Origin: an uncultured Acidobacteriota bacterium | GTDB taxonomy: Bacteria; Acidobacteriota; Polarisedimenticolia; Polarisedimenticolales; DASRJG01 | NCBI GenBank assembly: GCA_964619965.1 | Contig: CAZUGP010000055.1 | Location: 1 to 63,992 of the forward strand | Length of the DNA stretch: 63,992 bases | Direction: 5' to 3' | Part shown: piece by piece, positions 33,614 through 46,820 of the stretch | Numbering within the stretch: the stretch's first letter is position 1 | Layout of the letters: each line of letters starts with the position of its first letter | Program-made: the position numbers and the translations under genes | The notes under the pieces: model-generated | Databases searched by the model: none | What the model was told of the DNA's origin: nothing | Seen by the model: only the letters and a program-made list of their open reading frames with translations

Positions 33614-34392
33614 AAGTCGTACTCTTTTGCGGCGGCTTCGGGATGCGGATGCGCGAATTCTCGGAAAGCATCCCCAAGCCGATGGTCCCGATCGGCTACC
33701 GCCCGATTCTCTGGCACGTGATGAAGTACTACGCCCACTACGGCCACAAGGACTTCATCTTGTGTCTCGGGTACAAGGCCGATGTCATCAAGAACTACTT
33801 CTTGGAGTACGACGAATGCCTTTCGAACGACTTCGTCTTCTCGAAGGGCGGGAAGAGCTTGGAGCTCCTCAGTCGCGACATCGACGACTGGAACATCACG
33901 TTCGTGGACACGGGGCTTGCGACCAACATCGGCGGGCGGCTCAAGGCCGTCGAGAAGCACGTCAAGGGTGAAGACGTCTTCCTGGCCAACTACACGGACG
34001 GCCTCTCGGACGTCCATCTCCCGTCGGTCATCGCGTCGTTTCAGCGGAGCCGCAACGCGGCCTGCTTCGTGAGCGTGAAGCCTCGGGCCAGTTTTCACCT
34101 CATCAACTCGGACGACGCGGGGGTTGTCAGGAGCATCGAGCACATCGGAAGATCCGGCGCGAGGATCAACGGCGGTTTCCTCGTCCTGAGGCAGGAGATC
34201 TTCGACTACATCCACGAAGGCGAAGATCTCGTCGAAGAACCGTTCCGCCGGCTGATCAAAGACGGCAAGCTCATGGCGCACCCGCACGAGGGGTTTTGGG
34301 GCTGCATGGACACCTTCAAGGAGCGTCAGGAGCTCGAAGACGTCTACGGCCGTGGCAACGCGCCGTGGGTCGTGTGGAACGGAAAGGACTGA
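33610..34392 (+). CDS. rfbF: Glucose-1-phosphate cytidylyltransferase
   Basis: The start overlaps the previous stop (GTGA). VKVVLFCGGFGMRMREFSESIPKPMVPIGYRPILWHVMKYY...GFWGCMDTFKE is the RfbF signature, and the 260-aa length fits. Confidence 0.88.
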   Translation: MKVVLFCGGFGMRMREFSESIPKPMVPIGYRPILWHVMKYYAHYGHKDFILCLGYKADVIKNYFLEYDECLSNDFVFSKGGKSLELLSRDIDDWNITFVDTGLATNIGGRLKAVEKHVKGEDVFLANYTDGLSDVHLPSVIASFQRSRNAACFVSVKPRASFHLINSDDAGVVRSIEHIGRSGARINGGFLVLRQEIFDYIHEGEDLVEEPFRRLIKDGKLMAHPHEGFWGCMDTFKERQELEDVYGRGNAPWVVWNGKD

Positions 34393-34405
34393 GTCGACCG
34401 CCGGC

Positions 34406-37150
<2,745 letters not shown>

Positions 37151-39265
37151 TCAGATTCTCCTATCTGCCTCGCCCGCCAACTGACGCAGGTCGAAGTACT
37201 TCGTCAACGCATGGTGCTGGAGCTGATTGAGCGCCTTGAGCCTTGCGTGCGTTCGCGTCAGGTCCGATTCGTCAATCACGAGAGCATCCTTGAAGAACTG
37301 ATCGACGGGTGAAGCCAACGACTTCAACTCCATCGCGATGTCCAAGTACTTCCGCTGCTCGGCAAGACGCGGCAGTTTCGGCAGGATTTTGTTCACGAAG
37401 GACTGCAGCGCCTGCGCGGCGCCTTCGGGATCGCTGGCCAAATCCGGAAGATCTACACGCTCGAGAGCGCGCTGAAGCAGATCGGCGTTCTTTGCGCCAA
37501 TATTTGCGACACGAGCGGTGAGCTGAACGAGCAAGGCAAACTCCGGATCGTTCCGAACCTCTCTCAATGCTTGCAGCCTCGCGTCGATGTCCTCGAGACT
37601 CCAGAGCGGAGCCTTGTCTCCGTTGTCCGCCATTGCGACGCTGGCGATTTCGTTCGAGGTATATCCGCGATCGCGGAAGAACTCTTCGAGTCGCGCCGTC
37701 AGGAACGTGAATACAGTGGAAGCGGGACCCGAATCGTCTGACCTCGTGAGGTACGACAGATCGTTGACGGAAAGCGGCCACTGTTTCTGCAGCACAATCC
37801 TCAGGACCCCGTTCGCCGCCCTGCGAATACCGAACGGATCACGCGAACCCGTTGGGTTCTCGCCGGCGCCCAAAAGTCCGGCGATCGTGTCGAGCTTGTC
37901 GGCCAAAGAGAGGATGCACGCTTCGTTGGTTTGAGGTATGGCGTCGCTCGGACCCACCGGCTTGTAGTGCTCCGCTACGGCGTTGGCGACGGTTGAGGGC
38001 GCACCCTCGGCTCGTAGAAGGAGACCTCCGACAAGCCCCTGCAGTTCCGGAAACTCTCCGACCAGGCCGGTGACGAGATCGGCTTTGAGCACATGTGCAG
38101 CCTGCTTGACGGTCGCGGAGTCGCCTACGCTCGGACCGAGCGTTTGGGCGATCGACGCGGCGATACCGGCCACACGCTTCGTCTTGTCCTCGTAGCTGCC
38201 GAGCTTCTTGTGGAAGGTGACGCGCTTCAAGTCGTCCACACGCGATGCGAGCGGCCGCTTGCGGTCCTCGTTCCAGAAAAAGCGCGCGTCCTCGAGCCGG
38301 CCGACGACGACCCACTCGTTGCCGCGCTTCACGTGCCCAGCGGGGTCGCGATCGGTGTTCGCCACCGAGAGGAAGGCCGGAAGGAGCCCGTTCTTCCCCC
38401 GCACCGAGAATGATTTCTGGTGGTGCTTGAGCGTCGTGACGAGGATCTCGGGTGGAAGATCGAGAAACGCGGGATCGAACCGGCCGACGACGACACCGGG
38501 CCATTCGACGAGTTGGACGAGCTCTTCGAGGAGCTCGTCATCCTCGCTGAGCTCGCCTTTGACGGTCTTGGCGGCGTCGTTCAGTGCGTTCAAGAGCGCC
38601 GCCCGGCGCTCTTTCGGATCGACGAGAATCCGCGCCTCGCGCAGCGCGTCGACGTAGCGATCGGGGTGTTCGATCACGACGGGGCCGGGAGCGAGGAAGC
38701 GGTGGCCGGCCGAGCTCCTGCCGGACTTCGCACCGAGGATCTCGATATCGAGAACGTCCCCGCCGTGCAGTGCCACGACCCAATGCACCGGACGCACCCA
38801 GCGATGCGTGCCGTTCCCCCACCGCATCGTCTTGGGAAAGCTCATCGATGCGACCGACGCGGGAAGCGCCTCGGCGAGCACCTCCCCGAGCGAGCGGCCG
38901 GAAACGTTGCGCCGGAATCCTGCGTAGGTTCCCTTCGGGGTCTCCACCCTCTGTAACTCGGATGGAGCGATCCCCTGTTTCTTCGCGAATCCCGCGCCTG
39001 CGGGCGTCGGCTGCCCGTCGGGCGAAAACGCCGCCGAGGCGGGGGGGCCCAGAACCGTCTCCTCGCGCCCAACGAGTCCCGGGGCCACCGCCGCGACGCA
39101 AACGGCGAGCCGTCTCGTCCCGCCCCACGACCGGGCGTCGCCGTGCGCGAGTCCCGCCTGATCGAGAACCGCGAGCAGACGCGATCGAAGGTCGTCACCT
39201 GCCGCGACGATCATCCGCGCGGGAATCTCCTCGCAACCGATCTCGATCAGAAGCGGCGCACTCAC
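37151..39265 (-). CDS. glyS: Glycine-tRNA ligase beta subunit
   Basis: [18 protein letters not shown] is the canonical GlyS N-terminus. The GTG start overlaps the glyQ TGA. The length is about 704 aa. Confidence 0.9.
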   Translation of the reverse strand: MSAPLLIEIGCEEIPARMIVAAGDDLRSRLLAVLDQAGLAHGDARSWGGTRRLAVCVAAVAPGLVGREETVLGPPASAAFSPDGQPTPAGAGFAKKQGIAPSELQRVETPKGTYAGFRRNVSGRSLGEVLAEALPASVASMSFPKTMRWGNGTHRWVRPVHWVVALHGGDVLDIEILGAKSGRSSAGHRFLAPGPVVIEHPDRYVDALREARILVDPKERRAALLNALNDAAKTVKGELSEDDELLEELVQLVEWPGVVVGRFDPAFLDLPPEILVTTLKHHQKSFSVRGKNGLLPAFLSVANTDRDPAGHVKRGNEWVVVGRLEDARFFWNEDRKRPLASRVDDLKRVTFHKKLGSYEDKTKRVAGIAASIAQTLGPSVGDSATVKQAAHVLKADLVTGLVGEFPELQGLVGGLLLRAEGAPSTVANAVAEHYKPVGPSDAIPQTNEACILSLADKLDTIAGLLGAGENPTGSRDPFGIRRAANGVLRIVLQKQWPLSVNDLSYLTRSDDSGPASTVFTFLTARLEEFFRDRGYTSNEIASVAMADNGDKAPLWSLEDIDARLQALREVRNDPEFALLVQLTARVANIGAKNADLLQRALERVDLPDLASDPEGAAQALQSFVNKILPKLPRLAEQRKYLDIAMELKSLASPVDQFFKDALVIDESDLTRTHARLKALNQLQHHALTKYFDLRQLAGEADRRI

Positions 39266-40134
39266 CGGCGCACCAAGGGGAACCCTGCCGATTCGCGTTG
39301 GGCGACGTAGGCATCGGCCACCTGACAGGCGATCCTGCGGATCCGCTGGATGAACGCCGCCCGCTCGGTCGTCGACAGCGCGCCGCGAGCGTCGAGCACG
39401 TTGAAAAGGTGGGAGCACTTGAGCACCGCCTCGTGCGCGGGAACCACGAGCGGAAGCGCGACCAGGCGCACGGCCTCCTTTTCCCACGAGTCGAACAGCG
39501 AGCGAAACATGGAGACGTCGGCCTCGCGGAACGAGTAGATCGAATGCTCGATCTCCTCGCCGCGCCGCACGTCCCCGTAGGTGATCCCTTCGTCGTTCCA
39601 CGGAATGTCGAAGATGCTCTTGATGTCGTTCAAGAACATGCAGATGCGCTCGATCCCGTAGGTCAGCTCGACGGAGATCGGGTTGAGCTCGCGCCCCCCC
39701 GCCTGTTGAAAATAAGTGAACTGCGAGATCTCCATGCCATCCATCACGACTTGCCAGCCGACGCCCGCGGCACCCAAGGTCGGCGACTCCCAGTTGTCTT
39801 CCTCGAAGCGGATGTCGTGCTCCAGCGGATCGATACCGAACGCGCGCAAAGAATCGAGATACGTGGCCTGAACGTCGAGCGGCGAAGGTTTGAGAATGAC
39901 CTGAAACTGAAAGTGTTTGTAGACCCTCATCGGGTTCTCGCCGAACCGGCCGTCGCCGGGGCGCCGTGACGGCTGGCAATAGGCGACCCTCCACGGCTCG
40001 GGACCGAGCACGCGAAGGAATGTGTCCGGGTGCATCGTCCCCGCGCCCACCTCCATGTCGTAGGGTTGTTGGAGGATGCAGCCGCGATCGGCCCAGAAGC
40101 TCTGGATTCCCAGCAGAAGGCGCTGAAAGTTCAT
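39262..40134 (-). CDS. glyQ: Glycine-tRNA ligase alpha subunit
   Basis: [36 protein letters not shown]...[17 protein letters not shown] is highly conserved GlyQ sequence. Confidence 0.95.
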   Translation of the reverse strand: MNFQRLLLGIQSFWADRGCILQQPYDMEVGAGTMHPDTFLRVLGPEPWRVAYCQPSRRPGDGRFGENPMRVYKHFQFQVILKPSPLDVQATYLDSLRAFGIDPLEHDIRFEEDNWESPTLGAAGVGWQVVMDGMEISQFTYFQQAGGRELNPISVELTYGIERICMFLNDIKSIFDIPWNDEGITYGDVRRGEEIEHSIYSFREADVSMFRSLFDSWEKEAVRLVALPLVVPAHEAVLKCSHLFNVLDARGALSTTERAAFIQRIRRIACQVADAYVAQRESAGFPLVRR

Positions 40135-40898
40135 CAGCTCGCCCCCCCCGCCGCCGTGGCCGCGCGAAGATGCCGGTAGGAGCGGAAGGTCCGCTCCGCG
40201 AACGCCTCGATCGATCCGCGGAGAAGCACCTCTAAAGCTCCCAACGGACGCGCCACATCGTGAGGCAGGTCGAGGGCGTGAGGCGGGTTTTTGGCGAGCG
40301 CCGCGAGCGCCCTCAGGTCGCCGGACCGGAACGCGGCGGCGCCCACCCCCTTGGGACAGCGGCGACAGACCAGCCCGCTTCCGGCGACGGCCCACCGCAG
40401 GCCCGATGCCGCAAACGGCTCGCCGCAGATGGCGCAGTGCTCAAGGTCCGGAAGAACTCCGTGAAGCTTCAGCGTCCAGAACTCCGCATAGCGCACCGCG
40501 AGCCACGGGTGCAGCCCGCCCTCGAGCGCTTCGAGCACCGCGCCGAGCAGTCGGAACGTCTTCTCCTCGGGCTGCTCGTCGCGCACGATGGCTGCCGTGA
40601 TCTCACAGAGCACCGCACACGCCGCCTGGCAGGCCGGATCCGACTGCATGGCGGCGAACGAACGCACGGGCTCGAGCGACTCGATGCGGTGAAGCTCACG
40701 CCCTTCCCGCTCGACCCACGACGCGACGACGTGCGTCAGCGGCTGGAGGGCCCCGCCGAACCGGCGGCGGCTCTTGCGAGCCGAGGCGCCGACTCCGCGC
40801 ACGCGCCCGTGGTGTTCGGCCAGGAGGGTCACGATGAGATCCGCTTCTCCGAGCTCGCTCGTGCCCAGCACGTACGCTTCGTCACGACGCTGCCTCAC
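40134..40898 (-). CDS. recO: DNA repair protein RecO
   Basis: The N-terminal OB-fold pattern ([27 protein letters not shown]) is followed by Cys motifs (CAICGE...CRRC). The position next to era is conserved. Confidence 0.85.
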   Translation of the reverse strand: MRQRRDEAYVLGTSELGEADLIVTLLAEHHGRVRGVGASARKSRRRFGGALQPLTHVVASWVEREGRELHRIESLEPVRSFAAMQSDPACQAACAVLCEITAAIVRDEQPEEKTFRLLGAVLEALEGGLHPWLAVRYAEFWTLKLHGVLPDLEHCAICGEPFAASGLRWAVAGSGLVCRRCPKGVGAAAFRSGDLRALAALAKNPPHALDLPHDVARPLGALEVLLRGSIEAFAERTFRSYRHLRAATAAGGAS

Positions 40899-40938
40899 GA
40901 AGGGCGGATGATAGCAGGCCGGACGGGGAGGACGGGAG

Positions 40939-41829
40939 CTATCCGATCCCCAACTCCCCCAGGGCTTGCGGATCGTTGCGCCAGTCGGGACGGACCTCGA
41001 CGCGCAACGTCAAGAAAACCCGTCGCTCGAGCAGGTGCTCGATATCGGCGCGGGCCTCGGTCCCAACCTCCTTCAGCACCCCCCCGCCCTTCCCGATCAC
41101 GATTCCCTTCTGCGAGTCGCGCTCGACGAAGATCGTCGCCTCGATCTCGACGAGACCGTCCGCGCGCTCGACCCAACGGTCGACCACGACGGCCGCGGCG
41201 TGGGGAATCTCCTCGCGCATCCTGTGGAGAATCTTCTCGCGCACCCATTCGGCGGCGAGGACGCGCTGGGGCTGATCGGTGAGGAAATCGTCGGGGAAAC
41301 AAGGTTCGCCCTCGGGGAGGTGGTGCAGGATGCGCTCGTTGAGGAGATCGCATCCGCTCCCGGTTTCGGCCGAAACCGGGATGGCCTCGGCGAGCCCCCA
41401 TTGATCCACCGCCGTTCTCATCAGGGCGATGAGCTTGGTCTTGGGGAGGACGCGGTCGATCTTGTTCAGGACGGCGAGGCCGGGAACGCCGGTGTCGGCG
41501 ATCATCCGGGCGACCTCGGCGTCGCCGCGTCCGATCCCCTTTTCCGCATCGACCACCAGGAGGACGACCTCGACCGAGGTCAAGGCCTCCCGCGCCGCGC
41601 CGACCATCGCACGGTTCATCCGCTCCCTCGGGTGGTGGAAGCCCGGCGTGTCGACGAAGACGATCTGCCCGCGACCGGGCAACGACAAGACCCCCGTGAT
41701 GCGATGGCGGGTCGTCTGGGGGACATCCGCCACGGCGGCGATCTTCTCTCCGACGAGCCGGTTGAGCAGCGTCGACTTGCCGACGTTCGTCCATCCGGCG
41801 ATTGCGACATGCCCCGACTTGAAGCTCAC
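40939..41829 (-). CDS. era: GTPase Era
   Basis: GHVAIAGWTNVGKSTLLN is G1, DTPG is G3, NKID is G4, and a C-terminal KH domain follows. The GTG start overlaps the upstream stop. Confidence 0.93.
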   Translation of the reverse strand: MSFKSGHVAIAGWTNVGKSTLLNRLVGEKIAAVADVPQTTRHRITGVLSLPGRGQIVFVDTPGFHHPRERMNRAMVGAAREALTSVEVVLLVVDAEKGIGRGDAEVARMIADTGVPGLAVLNKIDRVLPKTKLIALMRTAVDQWGLAEAIPVSAETGSGCDLLNERILHHLPEGEPCFPDDFLTDQPQRVLAAEWVREKILHRMREEIPHAAAVVVDRWVERADGLVEIEATIFVERDSQKGIVIGKGGGVLKEVGTEARADIEHLLERRVFLTLRVEVRPDWRNDPQALGELGIG

Positions 41830-43106
41830 GATGGCCCCGAAGCAGGCGTCCCGCCGGGGAGGCCGGCCGTGACGCGCACGCGCCGCACGCGCCGCGGGTC
41901 CGCTTCGACGATCTCGACGCGCAGACCCGCGTGCTCGAATTGCTCCCCCTTCGCCGGAACGCGCCCGAGCGCCGCGGTGACGAAGCCTCCCACCGTGTCG
42001 TAGTCGCGCTCACCGAGGTCTACGCCGAACACGCGCTCGAGCTCTTCGGCGTGGGCTGCCCCCGAGACGAGCCAGGCGCCTTCGGCCTCGGCGGTTAGCG
42101 TCGCATCCTCCCGCTCGTGCTCGTCGCGAATCTCGCCGACGATCTCCTCGACCAAGTCCTCGAGCGTCACCATCCCCGCGAACCCGCCGTACTCGTCCAC
42201 CACGAGGGCGACGTGCGCCCGCGTTCTCATCTCGGCAAGCACCTCCGCGACCGTGCGGGTCTCCGGGACGAACACCGCCGGGCGGACGAGCCCGCGAATT
42301 CCGGCGTCGCCCCAGCCTTCCTCCCAGGCGCGAAGGAGGTCTCTTACGTGAAGGATGCCGATGACGTTGTCGATCGTCTCGCCGTACACCGGGAAACGGG
42401 AATGGGCCGCCGCGAGCGCGACGCGGCGGGCTTCGCCGACTCCGGCGTTCGCATGCAAGGCGACCACGTCGACGCGTGGGGTCATGATCTCGCGGACCAG
42501 AGTGGAGTCGAGATCGACGATGCCGCGGACCATCCGTCCTTCGCTCTTCTCCAATATCCCCTCGCGCTCGCCGACCTCGATGAAGGCCTCGACGTCCTCG
42601 TCGGCGTCCTCTTCGCTCTCCTCTTCCTCCGCGATCGTACCGGCCCAACGGCGAAACGCCGCGTGCACCGGGGCGAGCACCGGATACGTCAGTGCGTGCA
42701 CCGGGCGGACCAGGATCGCGGTGATCCGAAGCGCCAGCCGCGGATCCTTGAGCGCGAAGAGCCGCGCCAAAACCGTCTCGACGAGGAGCGTTCCCAAGAG
42801 CGCGCCGGCGGCGATGCCTCCCCACCATCCCCAGGGCCAGCCAGCCGAGGCCGCGATCCATCCGAAAAGACCCACGGCACCCACGAGCGAGAGCTGTCTC
42901 AGGATGTGAATCGCCGCGCGGTAGCTCGACGGAACGGTCTTGAACTCCTCGAGGAAAGGCAAGCGGTTGCCGGATTCGGCGTTCATGCGCCGCAAAGCCA
43001 CGCGTGAGAGCGCGGAGGCCGACAGCGTCATGATCGACAGGGCGAGATCGAGGAGGAGCAGGACGACGACGGCGCCCAGGGCGACGCTCATCGAGAGCGC
43101 GCTCAC
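41826..43106 (-). CDS. Hemolysin-family / CNNM (DUF21-CBS-CorC_HlyC) membrane protein
   Basis: An N-terminal multi-TM region is followed by a CBS pair (VREIMTPRVDVVAL..) and a CorC-type C-terminal domain (GGFVTAALGRVPAKGEQF...V). Confidence 0.85.
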   Translation of the reverse strand: MSALSMSVALGAVVVLLLLDLALSIMTLSASALSRVALRRMNAESGNRLPFLEEFKTVPSSYRAAIHILRQLSLVGAVGLFGWIAASAGWPWGWWGGIAAGALLGTLLVETVLARLFALKDPRLALRITAILVRPVHALTYPVLAPVHAAFRRWAGTIAEEEESEEDADEDVEAFIEVGEREGILEKSEGRMVRGIVDLDSTLVREIMTPRVDVVALHANAGVGEARRVALAAAHSRFPVYGETIDNVIGILHVRDLLRAWEEGWGDAGIRGLVRPAVFVPETRTVAEVLAEMRTRAHVALVVDEYGGFAGMVTLEDLVEEIVGEIRDEHEREDATLTAEAEGAWLVSGAAHAEELERVFGVDLGERDYDTVGGFVTAALGRVPAKGEQFEHAGLRVEIVEADPRRVRRVRVTAGLPGGTPASGPS

Positions 43107-43546
43107 CGGCGTGCCGAATCGATCAGGGCGCGCGCAAGCCGGGACTGCAGGCGCATCATCGTCCCGTCGTCCACCTCGTGATCATAGCCGAGCAGGTGGA
43201 GGTAGCCGTGCAGGACGAGAACCCGCAGCTCGCGAGCGAGCGAGTGGCCGCTTGCCTCGGCCTGGCGCGCCGCCTGGGCCACCGAGATGACGATCTCGCC
43301 GAGCGGCCGTGACCCGTCGGGAAGCTCGTCCCCGCCAGACGGAAACGAAAGCACGTCGGTCCTTGCATTCTTGCCGCGAAACTCGCGGTTCAGGCGACGG
43401 ACGGTCGCGTCGCCGGCGAGGACGATCGAGACGCCGGTGGCGTTTGTCTTGGGAGGAGCCTTGCGGGCGACGCGCCGCAGGAACGCCTTGAGTCGCGCCG
43501 CGGGCACGCGCTTCGCCCGCTGCTTCGCGATGATGGCGACGTCCAT
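43103..43546 (-). CDS. ybeY: Endoribonuclease YbeY
   Basis: TDVLSF...LHGYLHLLGYDH is the zinc-binding HxxxHxxxxxH motif. The length is 147 aa from the ATG at 43546. Confidence 0.9.
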   Translation of the reverse strand: MDVAIIAKQRAKRVPAARLKAFLRRVARKAPPKTNATGVSIVLAGDATVRRLNREFRGKNARTDVLSFPSGGDELPDGSRPLGEIVISVAQAARQAEASGHSLARELRVLVLHGYLHLLGYDHEVDDGTMMRLQSRLARALIDSARR

Positions 43547-43547
43547 G

Positions 43548-45752
43548 TCAGACCTTGCCGCGGAACGGGCGGACCTCGCCGGCGGTCCGGTCCGACTTCT
43601 GGCGACCGAAGTCGAAACCGGGGTAGTCGACACGATGATGGTACATGCCGACCAGCGACCGGTGGAACGCCTGCTCGATCTTCTCGAGATCGGCGAAGGT
43701 GAGGTCGCACGAGTCGAGCTGGCCGTCGAGGACGATGCGTCCGGCGATCTGTTGGATCATCTCCTTCAGCCGTGACGGCGTCGGTTCCTCGATCGTGCGA
43801 GCGGCCGCCTCGACCCCGTCGGCCAACATGAAGATCGCCGCTTCCTTGGTCTGGGGTTTCGGCCCCGGATAGCGAAAATCGTCGTCTCTCACTTCGCTCC
43901 CCGCCGGAGCCTGCCTCTTGGCCTTCTCGAAGAAGTAAGTCATCAACCGCGTGCCGTGGTGCTGCGGGATGATGTCCACGATCTGTTCAGGTAGCCGCGC
44001 CTCGCGGGCCATCCGGATCCCGTCCTTGACGTGGGCCGAGATGATCAATGCCGACATCGAGGGCTGCAGACGCTCGTGCGGGTTGACGCCGCGTTGATTC
44101 TCGATGTAGTACTCCGGCTTACGGATCTTTCCGATGTCATGGTAGAACGCCGCGACTCGGCAAAACAGCGAGTTCGCGCCGATCGCTTTCGCCGCTTCCT
44201 CCGCGAGCGTCCCGACCACGAGCGAGTGGTTGTAAGAGCCCGGCGCCTTCACCGCCAGCTGCGACAGGAGCGGATTGCTCACGTTGGACAGCTCGAGGAG
44301 GCGGATGTCGGTGAGCACGCGAAAGACCCCTTCGAGCAAGGGAAGGACGAACGAGACGATGAGGCCCACGCCCAGCGCCCCTCCCAAAAAAGCCAGCGCC
44401 GCGCCGAACAGGCTGTGCGCCCAAGGCTCGCGGGTGTGGGCGATCGCCTGAACCGCGAGCGCAACCACAGCTCCGGCGCCTCCGACGACGAGCCCGGCAC
44501 GCAGGAGCGCAGAACGCTCCCGGTAGGAGGTGATCGCGTAGATCCCAGCCCATTGCGCAAGGAGCGCCCAGAGCGCCACGGAGAGATCCCAAGCGTTTTG
44601 CGCGCCGAACAAGATGGCCGCGAAGGCGGCGTACACCATCGCGATGCGTCCGTTGGCGAGGAGGGTCACGAGGATCGCGCCGGCGCCGATCGGCACGAGG
44701 TAGACGTACGCGTTCGGGTCGTTGAATGGGCTCCTGAAGCGATGGCTCACTTGCTCGGCGATCCAGACGACAGCCTGCCCCAAGACCAGCATCGAAAGGA
44801 GGATCGAAACGAGCATCGCGTGCAGGTGCTTGACGCGCTTGAAGTACCTCTGGTGGTACGTCGCGTAGCGGAAGAGGAAGAAGGCGAGGAGCGATGCGAG
44901 GACGATCAGGCCGCCAAGCCGCAAGACGCTCGCACGCGGCGACGAGCGCGCTTCCACCAGATCGAGGCGCACCTGAGTGTCGGGCGTCACCCGTTGGCCG
45001 CGCGCGATCAGGATGGTTCCCTTCGGGACCCGGACCTGCACCGGAAGGACCGCGCGTTCGGCCTGATCGCGCCGCGCTGCCGTCGCGGCCGCGTCCGCCG
45101 ATAGATTGGCGTCCAAAAACGTCACGAGAAGCTCGGCGAGGGAGGCGCGTGTGGACGGTGCGAGCGAGGCGAGCGAGGCGACGCGCTGCCTGACGTCGTT
45201 TCTCGACGCCTCGAGATCGACGACCGATGCGAACTCGTGAAGGGTCTCCTCGCGTTGGGACGGAAGGTGTAAGACGGTGATCGTCTTTTCGCGCAGGAGC
45301 ATCGGCTTGTTGGCGATGACCAAACCCTGCATCACCTCGCGCAGCCAACCGACCAGGAGCTGCCTCTCCGCAGCGGGGAGCCGCTGGGTCTGGTCGAGCT
45401 CCTCGGCAAAGGCCTTTTCGAGGGTGGAGACTTTCTGCGAGTCGTGGACGAACACGTCCGGTATGAGAGCCCGGGCCGCGGCGCGCCGCTCTCCGGTCGC
45501 GATGTCGTCGGGAACGTCGACGTCTTCGATCGCGCGAATGTCGTACGGCGCCGTCTCTCCGGCTGCCAGGCGCGGGTACGAGGTCCCGCAGCGCTGGCTT
45601 GCCAGGAGCAGGGCCACGACCGCGACGAACGCGGTCGACCAGACGATGTGCGCGCCGAGGAGGATTTCCAGGCGCTTGCGGACCTCCTCGCGGAATTGCT
45701 GCAGCCACTTCGAGGCGCGAGGGACGCGGCGACGCTCGGCGCCCGACGTCAC
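43548..45752 (-). CDS. 7TM-HD (HDIG) membrane phosphohydrolase, PgpH/YqfF-like
   Basis: A large extracytoplasmic region and multiple TM helices are followed by HSLVVGTLAEEAA...FYHDIGK...HH, which is an HD/HDIG domain. The position between phoH and ybeY is conserved. Confidence 0.85.
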   Translation of the reverse strand: MTSGAERRRVPRASKWLQQFREEVRKRLEILLGAHIVWSTAFVAVVALLLASQRCGTSYPRLAAGETAPYDIRAIEDVDVPDDIATGERRAAARALIPDVFVHDSQKVSTLEKAFAEELDQTQRLPAAERQLLVGWLREVMQGLVIANKPMLLREKTITVLHLPSQREETLHEFASVVDLEASRNDVRQRVASLASLAPSTRASLAELLVTFLDANLSADAAATAARRDQAERAVLPVQVRVPKGTILIARGQRVTPDTQVRLDLVEARSSPRASVLRLGGLIVLASLLAFFLFRYATYHQRYFKRVKHLHAMLVSILLSMLVLGQAVVWIAEQVSHRFRSPFNDPNAYVYLVPIGAGAILVTLLANGRIAMVYAAFAAILFGAQNAWDLSVALWALLAQWAGIYAITSYRERSALLRAGLVVGGAGAVVALAVQAIAHTREPWAHSLFGAALAFLGGALGVGLIVSFVLPLLEGVFRVLTDIRLLELSNVSNPLLSQLAVKAPGSYNHSLVVGTLAEEAAKAIGANSLFCRVAAFYHDIGKIRKPEYYIENQRGVNPHERLQPSMSALIISAHVKDGIRMAREARLPEQIVDIIPQHHGTRLMTYFFEKAKRQAPAGSEVRDDDFRYPGPKPQTKEAAIFMLADGVEAAARTIEEPTPSRLKEMIQQIAGRIVLDGQLDSCDLTFADLEKIEQAFHRSLVGMYHHRVDYPGFDFGRQKSDRTAGEVRPFRGKV

Positions 45753-46768
45753 GGCCGCTCCTCCGTGACGCCGTTCACCCGGGCATCCTTCATACGCGCG
45801 TCACGCTCGTCATAGGCGACGACGATTCTCTGCACGAGCGGATGCCGGACGACGTCGGTCTTGTCGAAGTGCACGATGGCGATCCCGCTGATTCCCGAGA
45901 CGACCTCTTGCGCCTCCACCAGCCCGGAGGTTTTCTGCGCGGGAAGGTCGATCTGCGTGACGTCGCCGGTCACGGCGGCCTTCGAGTCCAAACCGATGCG
46001 TGTCAGGAACATCTTCATTTGCTCGGGCGTCGTGTTCTGCGCCTCGTCCAGGATGATGAAAGCGTCGTTCAAGGTGCGGCCACGCATGAACGCCAGGGGC
46101 GCGACCTCGATGGTGCCGCGCTCGACGAGCTGCTCGATCCTTTCGGGCTCGAGCATGTCGTGGAGGGCGTCGTAGAGCGGGCGCAGGTAGGGATCGACCT
46201 TCGCCGCGATGTCGCCCGGCAAGAATCCGAGCTTCTCCCCCGCCTCGACGGCGGGGCGGCACAGCAGGATGCGCTGAATTCGCTTCTCGTTCAGAAGAGA
46301 GATCGCCATCGCGACCGCGAGGTAGGTCTTCCCCGTGCCCGCGGGCCCGACGCCGAAGACCAAGTCGTTCGCACGCATCGCTTCGATGTAGCGCCGTTGG
46401 TTCGGCGACTTCGCGACGACCGCCTTTCGGGCCGAGGGCTTCAAGCGTGAGTCGAGAAAGTGCTCGGCGAGCTTCGATGATTCCGCACGCTCCATGATGC
46501 CGACCGCGGTCTTGATGTCGTCGCGCCCCAAAGCGACCCCATGGGCGTGAAGAGAGGCCAGCTGGGTGAAGAGATCGGCGACCCTCGCCTCGCGGTGGCC
46601 GCCACCCTCGCCGTCCCCCTGGATCGTCACCGCTCCCCCTCGGGCGGAGACCCGGACGTCGAATCGCTCCTCGATGAGTCTTAAGCTCTCGTCAAGCGGA
46701 CCCGCCAGGGCCTCTAAGGTCTTGCTGTCCAGGCTGAGCGTCTTCATCAGGTGGCCGTCGGGCCGCAC
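45749..46768 (-). CDS. phoH: PhoH-family ATPase (YbeZ-like)
   Basis: VFGVGPAGTGKTYLAVAMA is Walker A, followed by ILDEAQN and VTGDVTQIDLP. The start is either the GTG at 46768 or the ATG at 46747. Confidence 0.9.
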   Translation of the reverse strand: MRPDGHLMKTLSLDSKTLEALAGPLDESLRLIEERFDVRVSARGGAVTIQGDGEGGGHREARVADLFTQLASLHAHGVALGRDDIKTAVGIMERAESSKLAEHFLDSRLKPSARKAVVAKSPNQRRYIEAMRANDLVFGVGPAGTGKTYLAVAMAISLLNEKRIQRILLCRPAVEAGEKLGFLPGDIAAKVDPYLRPLYDALHDMLEPERIEQLVERGTIEVAPLAFMRGRTLNDAFIILDEAQNTTPEQMKMFLTRIGLDSKAAVTGDVTQIDLPAQKTSGLVEAQEVVSGISGIAIVHFDKTDVVRHPLVQRIVVAYDERDARMKDARVNGVTEERP

Positions 46769-46778
46769 TTAAGATAGG

Positions 46779-46795
46779 CCGTTCGAAAGGAACGG
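46779..46795 (-). terminator. Weak hairpin downstream of aspS
   Basis: CCGTTC-gaaag-GAACGG forms a 6-bp stem 25 nt after the aspS stop. There is only a partial T-run on the transcribed strand. Confidence 0.25.
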
Positions 46796-46820
46796 GGAAA
46801 GTGGGATGCGTAAATCGTTG

